The notes: generated by a model not told the origin, from the letters alone. A DNA stretch of 64,000 bases from Promethearchaeia archaeon (GCA_029856155.1 JAHQWL010000040.1:125032-189031); one strand, 5' to 3'; counted from the first letter of the stretch, positions 38,300 to 48,619 are shown. A program made the numbers and translations.

Positions 38300-38914
38300 T
38301 TATATATTAAAGTTAAATTTATGAGCTAGTTTGAGGGCATCAAATGTAGCTTTAACTAAGTTTTCACTTGTCCTAGTATCACCAAAAGTCTTGCTCCAAA
38401 TATCCTCAATCCCACATAATTTTAATACTGGTTTTACTTTATCTGCACAAGCTAATCCTACGCCTACAGGAGCAGGAATAAGTTGAATTCTAACTGAACC
38501 ACATTTTCCTTTAATCTTAAAGGGAATACTATGTGTTCCTCCACAACCACACTCTTTACTTCCACAGCCTCTTAGGACTGGAATAACTGAGAGTTTAGCT
38601 TTATCAATTGCTTTCCTAATTGCAGGTCCAACTTCTCTACTTTTAGCTGAACCGATTCCAATAAAACCATCTGCCCCTACAAGTACAACTGCTTTGAATT
38701 TTGACCGTTGTCCACTTGCAGTCATCTGCTGGACCATTTTTATATCCGTCACAGATTCTTGTAGTTGTGGAAGCAAAATATTAATGATTTCTTTTTCTTT
38801 AACGACTAAATTATTTTGATAAATTTTATCTAATGTAATTAAACCTTGTTGAACAAGTTCACCCAATTTGGTTTTAGGAACCCATTCTTCATCCATATTT
38901 CTTAATCGACTCAT
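38300..38914 (-). CDS. rps5: Ribosomal protein uS5
   Basis: WVPKTKLG, RGCGS, GKCGSVRI. Confidence 0.95.
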   Translation of the reverse strand: MSRLRNMDEEWVPKTKLGELVQQGLITLDKIYQNNLVVKEKEIINILLPQLQESVTDIKMVQQMTASGQRSKFKAVVLVGADGFIGIGSAKSREVGPAIRKAIDKAKLSVIPVLRGCGSKECGCGGTHSIPFKIKGKCGSVRIQLIPAPVGVGLACADKVKPVLKLCGIEDIWSKTFGDTRTSENLVKATFDALKLAHKFNFNI

Positions 38915-38928
38915 TATATTTTCACTTT

Positions 38929-39522
38929 TTAAGTTTTATTTTCAATCTGTTTCAATGAATTCGAAAACATTTGGCTTATTTTCAGTGGATTTAGTTTTTG
39001 CTTTTTCAAGTAACCGGAGAATACCTGTTCATATTTTTCCGGCTCGTTTGATTTTAAGTTTTTTGCGTAATTCTCAATATGAGTACCTTTAATTCTTTCT
39101 TTTAGTTCTTCTGGAAAAAATTCTTCCCGATATGGTATAATCATTCCAGTATCTATTAATCCTTTACAAGCAGCAAGTACTCGATTTTTATGGTAAAAAA
39201 TACCTAGATCAAATATAGCATCTTGAATATTTTTAGTTTTTGCTCTTAAACCTGCTAAATATCCAGTCAAATATGCTGCTGGAATATTTCCGCTATTAGC
39301 ACTCCAACCATACTTTGAGGTTAATTCTTTAGAAAAAGCAGAGATTAAGATATTATCTCCTCCAAATTTAGATTCCACAATTTGAACTCTTATATGATCG
39401 TTTGAAGCTCTTATGACTACTCTTAATTTTCTTGATTTTAATAATTTTAGTCTTTTATGATAATCTGTTTTACCGTCATATCGCCGTCGAAATGATCTTT
39501 TATACCTTGGACCTTTTGCCAT
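38929..39522 (-). CDS. rpl18: Ribosomal protein uL18
   Basis: GPRY...RRR..GKTDY, AAYLTG. Confidence 0.95.
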   Translation of the reverse strand: MAKGPRYKRSFRRRYDGKTDYHKRLKLLKSRKLRVVIRASNDHIRVQIVESKFGGDNILISAFSKELTSKYGWSANSGNIPAAYLTGYLAGLRAKTKNIQDAIFDLGIFYHKNRVLAACKGLIDTGMIIPYREEFFPEELKERIKGTHIENYAKNLKSNEPEKYEQVFSGYLKKQKLNPLKISQMFSNSLKQIENKT

Positions 39523-39525
39523 TTT

Positions 39526-39981
39526 TTAGCGACCTCTTCTTATTAAATCTTTTTCTTTAATATATCTATTTAATTGAGCTACGCTAGTAAACATTCCACC
39601 TTTAGCATTTTTATATAATTTCCGGTAATTTGATATCGTAATTAATTTTCTTTCTCTAAGTTTTTTCAATTCTCGTCTAATTGGCCGAATACGTCTGATC
39701 CAGGCTCTTTTCTTTGGATTTCTTGCATGTTTGGTACCCTTTCTTTTTCCTAATCCTCTGGCTCTTCCTTTTTTCTTCCTGGCATGGTTTATATTTTTCC
39801 TATAATTTGAGATCCCTTTCTTGTATTTTTTCTGTATAACGCCTTGTTTTATTAAATTGCGAATATCTTCTCGAGTGATTGCTAGTGAAATATCTTCGAT
39901 TAAATATGGATCAAAATATACTCTATTCTCTCCACATTTAAGAATGTCAGCTGCCATTCTTCTCTGAGGTTTTAAATTCAT
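39526..39981 (-). CDS. rpl19e: Ribosomal protein eL19
   Basis: QRRMAADILKCG, AITREDIR, GKRKG. Confidence 0.95.
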   Translation of the reverse strand: MNLKPQRRMAADILKCGENRVYFDPYLIEDISLAITREDIRNLIKQGVIQKKYKKGISNYRKNINHARKKKGRARGLGKRKGTKHARNPKKRAWIRRIRPIRRELKKLRERKLITISNYRKLYKNAKGGMFTSVAQLNRYIKEKDLIRRGR

Positions 39982-39982
39982 A

Positions 39983-40474
39983 TTATTTACCCCCTAAAGA
40001 CTCTTCTAATTCGTCAAGATCAATAAATTCATCTTCTTCCACATCAGAAATCGGCGCTTCTACCATTGCTTCTAAACTCTCAATTTCTTTTTGTGATATC
40101 CCAAGATTTAATATTTTAAAACCTCTTTTTTGGCAATAATCTATAAGCGCTATTCGTTTTTTAGCTCCTAATTTGCCAGAAACTTTAATTGCATGTTGTT
40201 TATTATTTAAATTGCTAAAATCTTGAATTGTGGTGACTTTTGCTTCTACATATCCAGATGGATGTAAGCCTCTTATTTTTTTTGGGGTTCGGTATCCTAT
40301 TGTAGGAGATTTAACGCCTGATTTTTCTTTCTTTCTAGTTTGTGAATCAATACCTCTAGCTTTCCTCCATGAATCTTTTACTCTTTTATATCTCCATGAT
40401 TCAACTCGTCTGAATGAAGGTTTTTTCTTATTTATTACTTTTCGTTGTTCTATTAATCTTTTTTCTTGTACCAT
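39983..40474 (-). CDS. rpl32e: Ribosomal protein eL32 with acidic C-tail
   Basis: WRKARGIDS, GYRTP, RGLHPSG. Confidence 0.95.
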   Translation of the reverse strand: MVQEKRLIEQRKVINKKKPSFRRVESWRYKRVKDSWRKARGIDSQTRKKEKSGVKSPTIGYRTPKKIRGLHPSGYVEAKVTTIQDFSNLNNKQHAIKVSGKLGAKKRIALIDYCQKRGFKILNLGISQKEIESLEAMVEAPISDVEEDEFIDLDELEESLGGK

Positions 40475-40489
40475 TATATTTACCTCACT

Positions 40490-41068
40490 TTACGTTATTT
40501 CCCAGATAATTTCGTCTCCAAGCATTTTTTTGTATAGATAGACTCCATCCTGAAATACTCGTGGGTCTTTTTTTCTAATACGACAAGCTCTTTTAACATT
40601 AGCTGCTGCTTGTCCTAATGATTCTTTATCAGGCCCTATAAAAAGCACATCATCTCCATTTACTTCTACTTTTACATTCTCTGGATACTTTGCCTTTCTT
40701 GGGGCTCTTTCTCCTAAGAAATTAATGACGTGAATCTCATTTTTATCTGATTTCACTTCACAATTACAAGGAAAATGTGAGTAGCAAATTTTTGATATAT
40801 ATTTATAATTTGTTTGAACACCAATAATTAAATTATTAATAATACTTACTATAGTTTTAATTAATGCTAGAGTAGCACTTTTTGGAAAATTGGTTGTAAA
40901 GAAAATTTCATTCCCCTTAATTGAGACATTGATACCTCTTACATGAGAGAAGTCCTTCGTAATATTTCCGTTTGGTCCTTTTACTCTAATATGGTGCCCT
41001 CCCTCGAGAGTTACTTTTACACCTTCTGGAATTTCCAATTTATCTTGAAAGAATGCTATTTTAACCAT
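40490..41068 (-). CDS. rpl6: Ribosomal protein uL6
   Basis: YSHFP, NFLGE, DPRVFQDGVY. Confidence 0.95.
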   Translation of the reverse strand: MVKIAFFQDKLEIPEGVKVTLEGGHHIRVKGPNGNITKDFSHVRGINVSIKGNEIFFTTNFPKSATLALIKTIVSIINNLIIGVQTNYKYISKICYSHFPCNCEVKSDKNEIHVINFLGERAPRKAKYPENVKVEVNGDDVLFIGPDKESLGQAAANVKRACRIRKKDPRVFQDGVYLYKKMLGDEIIWEIT

Positions 41069-41090
41069 TTCATTTTTCCCTCAATTTAAT

Positions 41091-41474
41091 TTAATAGATA
41101 TAACATAAAGTGTGGCCACCAATATGCTTTTCTTCTGCTTCTTTAATTGTCATTATTCCTTGATTTGTTGTCAGGATTATTATCCCTAAGCCAGGAGCAG
41201 GTAATAGATTTCTTTCCAACATGTCATATTTTGATACTTTATAATTCAACCTCATTAAACCAGCACACTCATTTATTTTACCTAGTAAAGCGATCTTGAA
41301 TTTCCCCTGTCTTCCATCATCATATCTCTCAAACTCTCCAATATAAGCATGTCTTTGAAATATTCGAAGAATTTGTTGAAGAAGACTAGAAGCTGGACTG
41401 ATTACTACTTCTCTTTTACGTGCTCTTTCAGCATTTTTGAGAGCACAACAAGCATCTGATATTGTTTTTACCAT
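41091..41474 (-). CDS. rps8: Ribosomal protein uS8
   Basis: YIGEFE, LGKINEC, TTNQGIM, IGG. Confidence 0.95.
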   Translation of the reverse strand: MVKTISDACCALKNAERARKREVVISPASSLLQQILRIFQRHAYIGEFERYDDGRQGKFKIALLGKINECAGLMRLNYKVSKYDMLERNLLPAPGLGIIILTTNQGIMTIKEAEEKHIGGHTLCYIY

Positions 41475-41505
41475 ATATTATCACATTTTTTCTTCTTTTA
41501 AGTTC

Positions 41506-41655
41506 TTATTCAAACCTTTTAAATCCAATTTCTTTTCCTATTTCATAAAAACATCTTCTACAAAGATACAATCCGTAACGTCGGATTACACCCCTGTGAG
41601 TATGACATCTTCTACACTCTCTCTGGCCTTTACCGTGATGTTTGCCTTGTGGTAT
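41506..41655 (-). CDS. rps14: Ribosomal protein uS14 (not in ORF track; probable ATA start)
   Basis: (M)[48 protein letters not shown]; between L5 and S8. Confidence 0.92.
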   Translation of the reverse strand: MPQGKHHGKGQRECRRCHTHRGVIRRYGLYLCRRCFYEIGKEIGFKRFE

Positions 41656-41674
41656 CTTTTTTCACCATAATTAT

Positions 41675-42268
41675 TTAAATATATTCTAAATCTAGTTTTT
41701 CTACAATTTCAACCCCAAATTTTTGTATCAAAAAATATTGGGTCTCTTCTCGGGATAAGTAATGATGTTTTGGAACTTTAGTACGAGCTTTTCGTCGAAA
41801 TCTTACTCTCATTCCGGGCCTCACGATCCTTCCTACACAATCTAAGCCCCATATTCCAATCATGTTATCATATTCGATACCGGGGATTGAAATATGTTCT
41901 GTTATTCCAAAACCAAAATTTCCATAATTATCAAAACTTTTTCTTAAAATTTTATTGTTATTTACAATTAATAATTTTTTAAGCAATTTTTCTGCATTTT
42001 GACCTCTAATAGTTACCTTAGTTCCAATTGGACGACCTTTTCTTAAATTAAATTCTTTTATATTTGTCTTTGAAAGTGTCTTAACTGCTTTTTTACCAGT
42101 AATCGTTTCTAAAACGGTAGCAGCCTTCTCTAATTCCTCTCCCCCAAGTCCAACCCCTATATTCAACACTATCTTTTCTAAATATGGTTTTTTCATAGGA
42201 TTTTTCCAATTTTCTTCAAAAATTTTTGAGAGGGCATCGGGTATAATTCTTTTTGTCTTAGTGGACAT
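41675..42268 (-). CDS. rpl5: Ribosomal protein uL5
   Basis: NPM...KIVLNIGVG, IGTKVTIRG, GNFGFGITEHI. Confidence 0.95.
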   Translation of the reverse strand: MSTKTKRIIPDALSKIFEENWKNPMKKPYLEKIVLNIGVGLGGEELEKAATVLETITGKKAVKTLSKTNIKEFNLRKGRPIGTKVTIRGQNAEKLLKKLLIVNNNKILRKSFDNYGNFGFGITEHISIPGIEYDNMIGIWGLDCVGRIVRPGMRVRFRRKARTKVPKHHYLSREETQYFLIQKFGVEIVEKLDLEYI

Positions 42269-42294
42269 CCTTTTCTCACTTTATTGTTTTTTTA

Positions 42295-43050
42295 TTAATT
42301 TTCAATATTAGGTAAATCAATTTCGGAAATACCTTCTCCAATAATAAATGTATAATCATATAATGTTTCTGTATGATCCCCATTGTGCTGAATTGAAACT
42401 GTACTTGCTTTGGGACCAAAACGCTTCAATATGTTAACAATTTTTCCAACTTGTCCGATATTTTTTCCAGACATGATGATACCAATGTTATTTTCTTTAA
42501 ATTTCAATATTTTGGTGATTTCTTGTTCGGGGATAGAAATTTTAAGAACATCCATTCGCTTATATATATCCTCCTTAGGATTTCTAGGATCTTGAACTTT
42601 TATTAATATATTTCTCCCATCATGCAAATTTAATTGAATATGACCCCCCTTCACAGAAGTTTTATTATTTATTCTGCACAATTTATATAAACTCTCTTGT
42701 TCAGGAATTTCATGCAAAATTAAGCCCTGATGAGAATCTGGTAGTATTCTATAATGTTTATTCATTTTTTCAATTGATAATACATCCATTAACCCTACAG
42801 GAAAGGATTTATTCTTCACTATTTTTCCATCGACTTTAAAGTAACCTAAACCAATTAACTTTTTCGCTTCTCTGTGAGTATCAACAATATTGAGAAGATC
42901 TCTAACAATATGAAGAAGTGGTAGGCTAAATCTACTGGGATGTGGTCCAGGAGCAGGTTTTACGAAGAATTTTCCATGTTTTCTTTTAATTTGTAAGAAA
43001 GAAGGAGTATTAAGCCTTTTCACCCTTTTTTGATTACCATGACGAGTCAT
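42295..43050 (-). CDS. rps4e: Ribosomal protein eS4
   Basis: KRLNTP, PGPH, FPVGLMDV, QLNLHDGRN. Confidence 0.95.
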   Translation of the reverse strand: MTRHGNQKRVKRLNTPSFLQIKRKHGKFFVKPAPGPHPSRFSLPLLHIVRDLLNIVDTHREAKKLIGLGYFKVDGKIVKNKSFPVGLMDVLSIEKMNKHYRILPDSHQGLILHEIPEQESLYKLCRINNKTSVKGGHIQLNLHDGRNILIKVQDPRNPKEDIYKRMDVLKISIPEQEITKILKFKENNIGIIMSGKNIGQVGKIVNILKRFGPKASTVSIQHNGDHTETLYDYTFIIGEGISEIDLPNIEN

Positions 43051-43053
43051 TTT

Positions 43054-43482
43054 TTATTTTTCTACCTCTTTTTCTTTTTTTGGAGCTTTTAATTCCTCTT
43101 CATAAAATCCATATAAAGCTTTTCGTTCAATCATATTCGCACGCCATGGATCCATTTTCTTTTCTTTCGCAAATTTAGTAATCACCAAGTTTGCTATATG
43201 AATTGTAGGATGAAATTGAGTTCCATCAGTTTTTTCAAAAGTGCATTCTTTTATCTTGCATCTTTGATTTTTTGTAATCTCGATAACTTCACCTTCAAAA
43301 TCCTTAAATTCACCTCTACATACTCTAACTTGATCCCCAACTCTAAGTGGGAGTCTTTTTATTCCATATTCATCACGAAAAAAATCAGCTAACCTAGTGC
43401 TGAGTAATTTTGAGCGATCATGATTTTTATAATTATACAGAGCTTTCCTTTGTTTTCTTGGTTGTTTTGATTCAACTTTCAT
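43054..43482 (-). CDS. rpl24: Ribosomal protein uL24
   Basis: SKQPRKQRK, GDQVRVCRGEFK. Confidence 0.95.
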   Translation of the reverse strand: MKVESKQPRKQRKALYNYKNHDRSKLLSTRLADFFRDEYGIKRLPLRVGDQVRVCRGEFKDFEGEVIEITKNQRCKIKECTFEKTDGTQFHPTIHIANLVITKFAKEKKMDPWRANMIERKALYGFYEEELKAPKKEKEVEK

Positions 43483-43495
43483 TTTAAAACCTCGT

Positions 43496-43921
43496 TTATA
43501 TTATTAATGAAGATATTGAAGCTAATCTAGGAAACATTTCTGCAGCTTCTCTGGCTATTGGTCCTCGAATTTCTGTAGCCTTTGGATCACCTTCTTTTGT
43601 TACAATGACTCCCGCATTATCTTCAAAACAAAGCCTTGTACCATCTAACCTTCTGTAAATCATTTTTTGTCTAACTATTACTGCTTTTACTATATTTCCT
43701 CGTAATTCGGGTTTCCCTTTTTTTATTGTAACAGTACATACACTTCCAACAGATGCTTTAGGTAATCTTCTTAATCTTGTCTTGAAACCATCTACATTAA
43801 TAATTTGAGCTATTTTTGCTCCAGAATTATCAGCAATAATGATTTTTGATCCATTACATAAACCGTAACTGGTGCGAGGTTTAGTATATGTTTTTCTTCC
43901 TAATTTTCTTCTAGTTCCCAT
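43496..43921 (-). CDS. rpl14: Ribosomal protein uL14
   Basis: ADNSGAK, KKGKPELR, FEDNA, GPIARE; ATG 43921 preferred. Confidence 0.95.
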   Translation of the reverse strand: MGTRRKLGRKTYTKPRTSYGLCNGSKIIIADNSGAKIAQIINVDGFKTRLRRLPKASVGSVCTVTIKKGKPELRGNIVKAVIVRQKMIYRRLDGTRLCFEDNAGVIVTKEGDPKATEIRGPIAREAAEMFPRLASISSLII

Positions 43922-43922
43922 T

Positions 43923-44276
43923 TTATTCCGCACCACGAGAAATTTTTTCTATTACAATAAAAGCTTTTGTTTTAGAAATCTTTCGAGATTCACCAACTCT
44001 TACTAAATCTCCTATATCAATTTCATGATTTAAACAATTTGGTAAATGACACGCTAGACGAGTATTACGGCGCTCATACCTTTGATATTTTTTTACAAAT
44101 TGAACATAATCACGTCTTATAATAACTGTATTTCTTGATTTTTTACTAACTACAATTCCTTTAGTAATTTTTCCCCTAATTCGTGTATTTCCATGATAGG
44201 GACAACATTGATCGTCACATTCCTCTGCTTTTACTTTAGGAGGACTCACTCCTGGAATACCAATATTTCTACTCAT
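43923..44276 (-). CDS. rps17: Ribosomal protein uS17
   Basis: RNIGI, CPYHG, KYQRYERR, ISKTK. Confidence 0.95.
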   Translation of the reverse strand: MSRNIGIPGVSPPKVKAEECDDQCCPYHGNTRIRGKITKGIVVSKKSRNTVIIRRDYVQFVKKYQRYERRNTRLACHLPNCLNHEIDIGDLVRVGESRKISKTKAFIVIEKISRGAE

Positions 44277-44590
44277 TTTATTAACCTTCTCTTCTTCTTT
44301 AAACTTCTTAGTCTATTTACAGGAAGGCCAGTAAGCTTATTTCCTGCAACTTCCACATAATAATATATCTCATCATTCTCGTAGTTTGGAATTTTAAACC
44401 TAAATATATAATCTTTTTTAATATATTTCTTTATTTTATCATTTTTTTCTGTAATTAACATATCTCTTGTTTCATCAATCACAACGCCTATAGGCGAAAA
44501 TTTAATACCATTTAACTTTGATTTTGTTTTAATAAAGGCATAAATGCCTATCAAATCATGGTATATTATAAAATTTGGATTTAACATCAT
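44273..44590 (-). CDS. rnp1: RNase P protein subunit Rpp29
   Basis: HDLIG, GVVIDET, G..L...P..R; position between L29 and S17. Confidence 0.85.
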   Translation of the reverse strand: MMLNPNFIIYHDLIGIYAFIKTKSKLNGIKFSPIGVVIDETRDMLITEKNDKIKKYIKKDYIFRFKIPNYENDEIYYYVEVAGNKLTGLPVNRLRSLKKKRRLIK

Positions 44591-44784
44591 TCCTCTTCTT
44601 TCATCACAGTAAGTATTCTTGCTATTTGTTTTCGTAATAATTTTGCTTTAGCTGGATTATCAGATAGACCCCCACCCGTTTGCATAGAGTATAGCATCAT
44701 TAACTCCTCTCGTAAATTAATCAAATTTCTCTCCCTTTCTCTCTCATCCATTTCTCGTATTTTTTTAGCTGTTAAAATATCCAT
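44587..44784 (-). CDS. rpl29: Ribosomal protein uL29
   Basis: IREM, NP, RKQIARILT. Confidence 0.93.
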   Translation of the reverse strand: MDILTAKKIREMDERERERNLINLREELMMLYSMQTGGGLSDNPAKAKLLRKQIARILTVMKEEE

Positions 44785-44812
44785 ATCTTACCACAATTTT
44801 ATATTATTATAA

Positions 44813-45601
44813 TCATTCTTTCTCTGATTCCTCATGTTCAACTTCAGTAGTAGGAGTTAACGTAATCTCAGAAATTTCTTCTTCATCAACATCATCAAGT
44901 AATTTCTTATCCTCCTCACTTAAAACTCCCTCTTCTTGTTCAATCATATAGTCTACTCTTGTTTTTGCTAATTTTGCTTCCTCTTCTGCTTGAGCTTTAG
45001 TTAATAGATCATCCTTGATTTTAACATCATCTCCCATTTTAGTATTAGCTCGCATAATCTTCACAATTATTCCTAAGACTCCTGATTTCTGTATACATTG
45101 AGCAACACCTTTATCAACTGCTGCTGCTGGTTGACCTGATTTAGACATTGTACCTGCTCTGAATATCTGTGTACGAGCACGTTGTGAAGTAACTTTACCA
45201 GATACAATTATCTCTACACCACGTGCTCCAGCATCCATTACTTTTCTCAATATATAATAACCTGCTCTACGGTAATGGCGTCCTCTATCTAATGAATAGG
45301 CTAATCTTTCTGCCATTATTTGAGCATCTAAATCTGGTTCTACGACCTCTTCGACTTCAATCTGGGGCATTTCTAACCCGAATCGATCTTGAAGGACATC
45401 TGTAATTTCTTGAATTCTCTTTCCCCCTTTACCAATCACTAAACCGGGGCGGGATGTTTTCAGTGTGATTCTTACTCCCAATGGAGTACGCTGTAATTCA
45501 ACGCCTGCAAATCCTGCACGAACTAACTCTGAACGTAGATATTCATTTATTTGCATTAATTTAATTCCTTGTTCAATAAAATTTTTTACTAGAGGACTCA
45601 T
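44813..45601 (-). CDS. rps3: Ribosomal protein uS3 with acidic C-tail
   Basis: RPGLVIGKGGKRI, GARGVEIIVSGK. Confidence 0.95.
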   Translation of the reverse strand: MSPLVKNFIEQGIKLMQINEYLRSELVRAGFAGVELQRTPLGVRITLKTSRPGLVIGKGGKRIQEITDVLQDRFGLEMPQIEVEEVVEPDLDAQIMAERLAYSLDRGRHYRRAGYYILRKVMDAGARGVEIIVSGKVTSQRARTQIFRAGTMSKSGQPAAAVDKGVAQCIQKSGVLGIIVKIMRANTKMGDDVKIKDDLLTKAQAEEEAKLAKTRVDYMIEQEEGVLSEEDKKLLDDVDEEEISEITLTPTTEVEHEESEKE

Positions 45602-45651
45602 TTTCTCTCAATATTCGTTAAATTAATATCTCTATTTTTTTATTAAATTAC

Positions 45652-46131
45652 CTAACTTGGGAATTCGTAAATAACTATTTCTATATGTGAAAGATGTTTA
45701 AATTTTGCCGTGCTACGTCCATGTGATCGTGGAATATATCTCTTTATTATTCTGCCCCTATGTGTTGCGGCATGAATAATCCTGCATAGATCGATATCTA
45801 AACCTTTATATTCTGCATTTGATTCAACAGATGTGAGAATTTCATAAATTCTAGCTGCTGCTTTTTGAGGATATCTTCCCGCATACCATTTAAATTGCGC
45901 TAAATCATTTTTATGAGCGACTTTTTTTTTATGCCTTCTAAAAGGCACTGATTGTTCTATTCTGATTACTTTTTCTAGGTAACTTTTTGCGTGATCTACC
46001 TTCATACCTTTAATTACGGCACAAATTTCTCTTGCATGTTTTGGTTTAATCCTAATATCTCGACCTGATGCCTTTGCTATCCTATCAGCATCGTACTTAT
46101 GTTCTACAAAAGAATAACCCCAAGTAGGCAT
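45652..46131 (-). CDS. rpl22: Ribosomal protein uL22
   Basis: KHAREIC, VPFRR, GRYPQKAA, NAEYKG. Confidence 0.95.
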   Translation of the reverse strand: MPTWGYSFVEHKYDADRIAKASGRDIRIKPKHAREICAVIKGMKVDHAKSYLEKVIRIEQSVPFRRHKKKVAHKNDLAQFKWYAGRYPQKAAARIYEILTSVESNAEYKGLDIDLCRIIHAATHRGRIIKRYIPRSHGRSTAKFKHLSHIEIVIYEFPS

Positions 46132-46157
46132 TTAATATCAACTCAATTTGATTATCT

Positions 46158-46733
46158 TTATTTCAATGGAACATATTTGGAACTCCTTGTTGCTCCAATT
46201 CCCGGAGAACCATGCTGAACTCGTTTACGAGTTAAAGAAAATTCTCCTAAATAATGACCGATCATCTCAGGTTTTATATCAACCATTTCAAAGACTCTTC
46301 CATTGTATACTCCAATTTTTAAACCAACCATTTCGGGAAATATTATCATATCCCTTACATGGGTTCTAGTGAGTAAATCTTTCCCTCTTTTCTTTGCTCT
46401 ATAAGCCCTTCTTAACCTTTCAAGTAATTTCTTTTGTCTTGGAGGTAAACCTCGATTTAATGAACGTCTTGCTCTTGAGGGTAATAATTGTATAAATTGA
46501 TCCATATTCATTTTCTTTAATTCTTCCAATGTATACCCTCTATACTTAAATCTTAACCTATCTAATTCTGCTTCCGTGTCTAAATCTCCTTTTTCTTTAG
46601 ATATTTCTTCTCCCTCTGTCTCAAAATCAGTTTCTACATCTTTCTCTGAATCTGAATCTTTTTCTAAATCATTATTTAATTCTTCTTCTAATTCTTCTGA
46701 TTTTCTTTCATCAGATTGTTCATCCGGAGTCAT
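46158..46733 (-). CDS. rps19: Ribosomal protein uS19 with about 60-aa acidic N-terminal extension
   Basis: [39 protein letters not shown]. Confidence 0.95.
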   Translation of the reverse strand: MTPDEQSDERKSEELEEELNNDLEKDSDSEKDVETDFETEGEEISKEKGDLDTEAELDRLRFKYRGYTLEELKKMNMDQFIQLLPSRARRSLNRGLPPRQKKLLERLRRAYRAKKRGKDLLTRTHVRDMIIFPEMVGLKIGVYNGRVFEMVDIKPEMIGHYLGEFSLTRKRVQHGSPGIGATRSSKYVPLK

Positions 46734-46961
46734 TTTTTAACCAATCTACTTATTCCATTTATATTATTCTGTAATTTTTTTCTCAAATAATTTATTACGA
46801 TGAGGTTTTAAGTGTTCAATAGAATTTTAACTTTTAGGTTAAGCTATTAAAAATCATAAAATTTATAAATGTTAGATGTAAATTTGAAGAGAACCTCACT
46901 TATCTTAATGTCTTAAATAATAATCTGCTTTTTGTCTACTTTTTTCATGATTAAAAAAGAG

Positions 46962-47636
46962 TTATTTATAATGATTTGGATTAAAGACGCGTTGTATATC
47001 ATTCTCATTAAATTTTCCATTCCAATATTCTTTAATCATAACAAATTTGTTTTTTTCTTTATTGGGATTAATAATTGAATGGTAAGTATTTACGGGATTT
47101 TTAAATTTTATTCCTGTTTCTACATAATAATGCACTTTTTTTCCAGTGATAATAATAGGTTTACCATCCAATATTTCCCAAACCTCATTTCTATATTTAT
47201 GAATTTGAATTGAAAGCCCAAATTCTGGTCGAACAAAAATCAAATTATAATCTGGATATGTAAATTTAAAACTATACCACTTTGGAAGCGTATCGATATA
47301 TCCTTCACGTATATTATATCTTTTTATGAATATATCTGATTTTAAATTAATCCTTTGTGAAGATTCATACTTATAAGGATCATAAATAATTTTATGGCTT
47401 GAAATATCGTGATCATAATGGATATATAGTGGATCTTTTCCATTATTTATTATCATGTAACATTTATTTGGACTGATTGTCAAATCTGAATTAGAAATTC
47501 CTTCAGTAATAAAAGATGATCCATTAATTAAGAAAATATCTTTAAAATTACTTTGGTTGATGTCTATACTTAATTCCCGAGAATTATTTTCCCTTAATGA
47601 AGTACTTCTTTCAACGAGAATACATTCTTTTTCCAT
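46962..47636 (-). CDS. Cupin protein related to type II mannose-6-phosphate isomerase C-domain
   Basis: LSIQIHKYRNEVW...HSIIN...ENDIQR. Confidence 0.6.
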   Translation of the reverse strand: MEKECILVERSTSLRENNSRELSIDINQSNFKDIFLINGSSFITEGISNSDLTISPNKCYMIINNGKDPLYIHYDHDISSHKIIYDPYKYESSQRINLKSDIFIKRYNIREGYIDTLPKWYSFKFTYPDYNLIFVRPEFGLSIQIHKYRNEVWEILDGKPIIITGKKVHYYVETGIKFKNPVNTYHSIINPNKEKNKFVMIKEYWNGKFNENDIQRVFNPNHYK

Positions 47637-47650
47637 TTTAATTACTTTTG

Positions 47651-48619
47651 TTATTTCTTATGTAATTTTAATTCTTTTATTTTGTTCTGAACTTCACTAA
47701 AATATGGCATTGATTCTTGAGCACCTGTTCTAGTAACTGCAATTGAAGCTGCTATTGTTGCAAATTCTACCGCATTTATAATATTTTCACCTTTATTCAA
47801 CATACTGGCTAAAACTCCAATGAAACAATCGCCTGCACCTACAGTATCAATAGCTTTAACTTTTGGGGGTGATATTTTAAAAACCTTATCTTTTATTCCA
47901 TCAAAGATTAAGCATCCTTTATTTCCTAAAGTTGTTATGATATATCCTATACCTAGACTAGATATATCCTTTGAAGCTTGAATAATCATTTGGTTTCCTG
48001 CTTTTATTAATGGTTCAAAACCTAAAAGTGAATGCATTTTATAAAGTTCACCTTCATTAGGGATAATTATATCCACCATTTCTAAGACTTCAAGAGGTAT
48101 AGGTTTCAAAGGTGCTGGATTAAGAATTTTAAGACTATTTCCCTTAGAGGCTATAGTAAATATTTCTTGAATTGTCTCAGTTGGAATTTCCATTTGAACT
48201 ACAAGAGAATTTGCATTTTTGATAATTTCTGTTTTAGAACGTATCTCTTCTGGATTTAATCTAAAGTTAGCTCCAGGGGCGACACTTATCATATTTTCCC
48301 CCTTTTTATTAATTAAGATAAAAGCAACTCCACTTGGTTCTTGAGGATCTCTAATTATATGTTCCATATTAATACCTTCATCTATTAATCGAGAGATCAT
48401 CTGATTACCAAATGAATCAATTCCAATCTTTCCTATGAATATTGTATTTGCTCCTGATCTAACTGATGCAACTGCTTGATTCGCTCCTTTTCCCCCCAAA
48501 TACTGCTTAAATATTCCTCCTGTGACCGTTTCTCCCGAATTTGGAAATCTTTCAGAATATATATTTAAATCCATATTACTAGAACCAATTATTAACACAT
48601 ATTCAGCTTTCTGAGTCAT
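47651..48619 (-). CDS. rbsK: Ribokinase
   Basis: GSSNMD, GGKGANQAVA, LNPAP, DTVGAGDCF; ATG 48619. Confidence 0.92.
   Translation of the reverse strand: MTQKAEYVLIIGSSNMDLNIYSERFPNSGETVTGGIFKQYLGGKGANQAVASVRSGANTIFIGKIGIDSFGNQMISRLIDEGINMEHIIRDPQEPSGVAFILINKKGENMISVAPGANFRLNPEEIRSKTEIIKNANSLVVQMEIPTETIQEIFTIASKGNSLKILNPAPLKPIPLEVLEMVDIIIPNEGELYKMHSLLGFEPLIKAGNQMIIQASKDISSLGIGYIITTLGNKGCLIFDGIKDKVFKISPPKVKAIDTVGAGDCFIGVLASMLNKGENIINAVEFATIAASIAVTRTGAQESMPYFSEVQNKIKELKLHKK

Noticed and set aside
41655-41668. A-AAA-AAG slippery site linking the upstream ATG to rps14
   Set aside because: Reaching the S14 frame needs a +1 shift, whereas this motif drives -1 shifts
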